Assembly (NCBI RefSeq): GCF_006345805.1
Contig: NC_043015.1
Location: forward strand, 45,446,001-45,510,000
Source of the DNA: Octopus sinensis
Lineage: Eukaryota
Length of the DNA: 64,000 nt
Direction of reading: 5' to 3'
Shown here: positions 62,178-64,000 of the stretch, piece by piece
Layout of the letters: every line of letters begins with the position of its first letter
Position numbering within the stretch: position 1 is the stretch's first letter
The notes under the pieces: model-generated
The model's input: only the letters and a program-made list of their open reading frames with translations
Told to the model about the DNA's origin: nothing
Database searches by the model: none
Made by a program: the position numbers and the translations under genes

Positions 62178-62705
62178 ATCATCATCATCATCATCGTTTA
62201 ACGTCCGCTTTCCATGCTAGCATGGGTTGGACGGTTCAACTGGGGTCTAGGAAGCCCGAAGGCTGCACCAGGCCAGTCAGATCTGGCGGTGTTTCTACAG
62301 CTGGATGCCCTTCCTAACGCCAACCACTCTGTGAGTGTAGTGGGTGCTTTTTATGTGCCACCGACACAGGTACCAGACGAGGCTGGCAAACGGCCACGCT
62401 CGGATGGTGTTTCACCTTCCGAATGTGGCAGATACTAGTGCCACCTGACTGGCGTCCATGTTGGTGACACGTAAAAGCACCAACCGATCATGTCTCTTTG
62501 CCAGCCTGCTCTGGCCCCTGTGTCGGTGACACGTAAAAATAACCCACTACACTCAAGGAGTGGTTGGCATTAGGAAGGGCATCCAGCTGTAGAAACACTG
62601 CCAAATCAGACTAGAGCCTGGTGCAGCCTCCATGGCTTGCTAGACCCCGGTCGAACCGTCCAACCCATGCTAGCATGGAAAACAGACGTTAAATGATGAT
62701 GATGA
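62178..62705. mobile_element. Head-to-head inverted pair of family C elements
   Basis: (CAT)n...body (-) at about 62178-62410 and body...(GAT)n (+) at about 62445-62705. Confidence 0.88.
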
Positions 62706-62715
62706 TATATATATT

Positions 62716-63012
62716 GGAGGCGCAATGGCCCAGTGGTTAGGGCAGCAGACTTGAGGTCGTAGGATTGCAGTTTCGATTCCCAGACCGGGCATTGTGAGTG
62801 TTTATTGAGCGGAAACACCTAAAGCTCCACAAGGCTCCGGCAGGGGGTGGTGGCGATCCCTGCCGTACTCTTTCACCACAACGTTCTCTCACTCTTTCTT
62901 CTGTTGGCCTGCTCGCTTAGCCAGCGGGGTGGCGTCATCTGAAGGCTAAAACAATGTGAAGCGCATTGTGACCAGCGATGTGTAGCAACATCTGATAACC
63001 TGGTCAGTCACA
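62716..63012 (+). mobile_element. SINE family D, full length
   Basis: Matches 58688-58996. Confidence 0.9.
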
Positions 63013-63849
63013 GTAATCATGCTGATGACTACAAAACAATACATGCAACCAGGGTGGGGGGCTTCAAGCGGGATCAACATTCTGGAGAAGGATTGGGCAC
63101 ATAGTGATTAGTAAAGGATCTTGGAGGTGGACACAATATGACAGGGTATGAGGAGTAGATTTGAGTGAGTTGGGAATGCTTGGCTGGAGGTGACACAAGT
63201 TTGCAGAGTACTGTAGAGGCAGTAGAAAAGAAGGAGAGAGAGTGACTTCATGCCATTTCAGATGAATGGCCATTCTTTGGACAGCCCTCAGCTCAACCCA
63301 GACTGAGCAGATCTGTGATCAAAATTGCTCTAGCTATGGTCATCTTGTTGTGCTCGGGTATTGTGTATCTACAACAAAATCATCTTCATGTTCTCCCCAT
63401 TTTCAAAAGGGGTAAGATGTAATTTGAAGGTAGAATGAGGGGATTTAAGTGTTTTTTTTCTATAAAGTCAAGCGATGGCCAAAAGGTTCTCTTGCTGGCT
63501 CTGAAAACGTGCAATTGTAGTTGCTGTTCAGATCAACTTCAATCAAGCATCTTTCATCAAAAGCATTCCATCTTGTTTTTTAGGGATATTGAGGACTATT
63601 TAACCAAATGTATACTTTTATTTATCTTATATAGTGGGGGTGTACAATTTGAGGATATTTAGCTGCTCTTACGAGAAGTTTGAGCTATATGAAAAGAGAA
63701 TTAATAGAATGCTAGACTGAAAACCTTGCAGTATTTACGTTGCGTTACAATCCCAGAGAGGTCGACTTCGCTTCATAATTTAACATCAATATAGTATTAG
63801 TACTAGTAACGTACTGACATTGGTCATGGCATTGTGCCAAAGTATGAAA

Positions 63850-64000
63850 TAATAACCTTGTGTTTGTTTATCCATGGACAAAATACCTCAAGAACCACTG
63901 GACGGATTCAGATAAAACTTTCAGAGATGTTTGGCCTTGGGACTGGCATGAACTGATTAGATTTTGGGATCGCTCTGGCACCGGACAAAGATTCTGGATT
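63850..64000 (+). mobile_element. Helentron/HINE-like element, copy 2 (runs off window)
   Basis: Homologous to 27395-27540; lacks the terminal hairpin. Confidence 0.65.

Overview
AT-rich, microsatellite-dense eukaryotic non-coding DNA. The SINE repertoire looks like octopus (coleoid cephalopod); this is my pattern recognition, not a database result. I could not identify any host protein-coding gene. Almost all ORF-track entries are translations of microsatellites or SINEs; the only recognisable proteins are dead fragments of two Tc1/mariner transposases and of RTE (BovB-like) LINEs. The window is dominated by tRNA-derived SINEs (working labels: A, about 20 copies or fragments; B, about 12; D; I), a (GAT)n-tailed retroposon (C), and non-autonomous DNA elements (Merlin-like, pogo/Tigger-like, mariner, piggyBac, hAT, Helitron, Helentron-like). 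The most interesting signal is a set of hammerhead-ribozyme (HHR)-like motifs from several unrelated short repeats resembling Penelope-like element (PLE) terminal repeats. One is a (TA)n-anchored fold-back element whose 79-bp inverted arms each contain a full type-I HHR fold with a CCGAUGA core variant, so both strands encode the ribozyme. It occurs twice within a ~1.28-kb tandem duplication and once as a deletion derivative at 42.2 kb. There is also an unrelated 369-bp near-perfect palindrome abutting (TA)n, and a twin-priming-like inverted insertion with a 13-bp target-site duplication (TSD). Repeat boundaries are approximate unless TIR/TSD positions are given. Ribozyme activity is untested.
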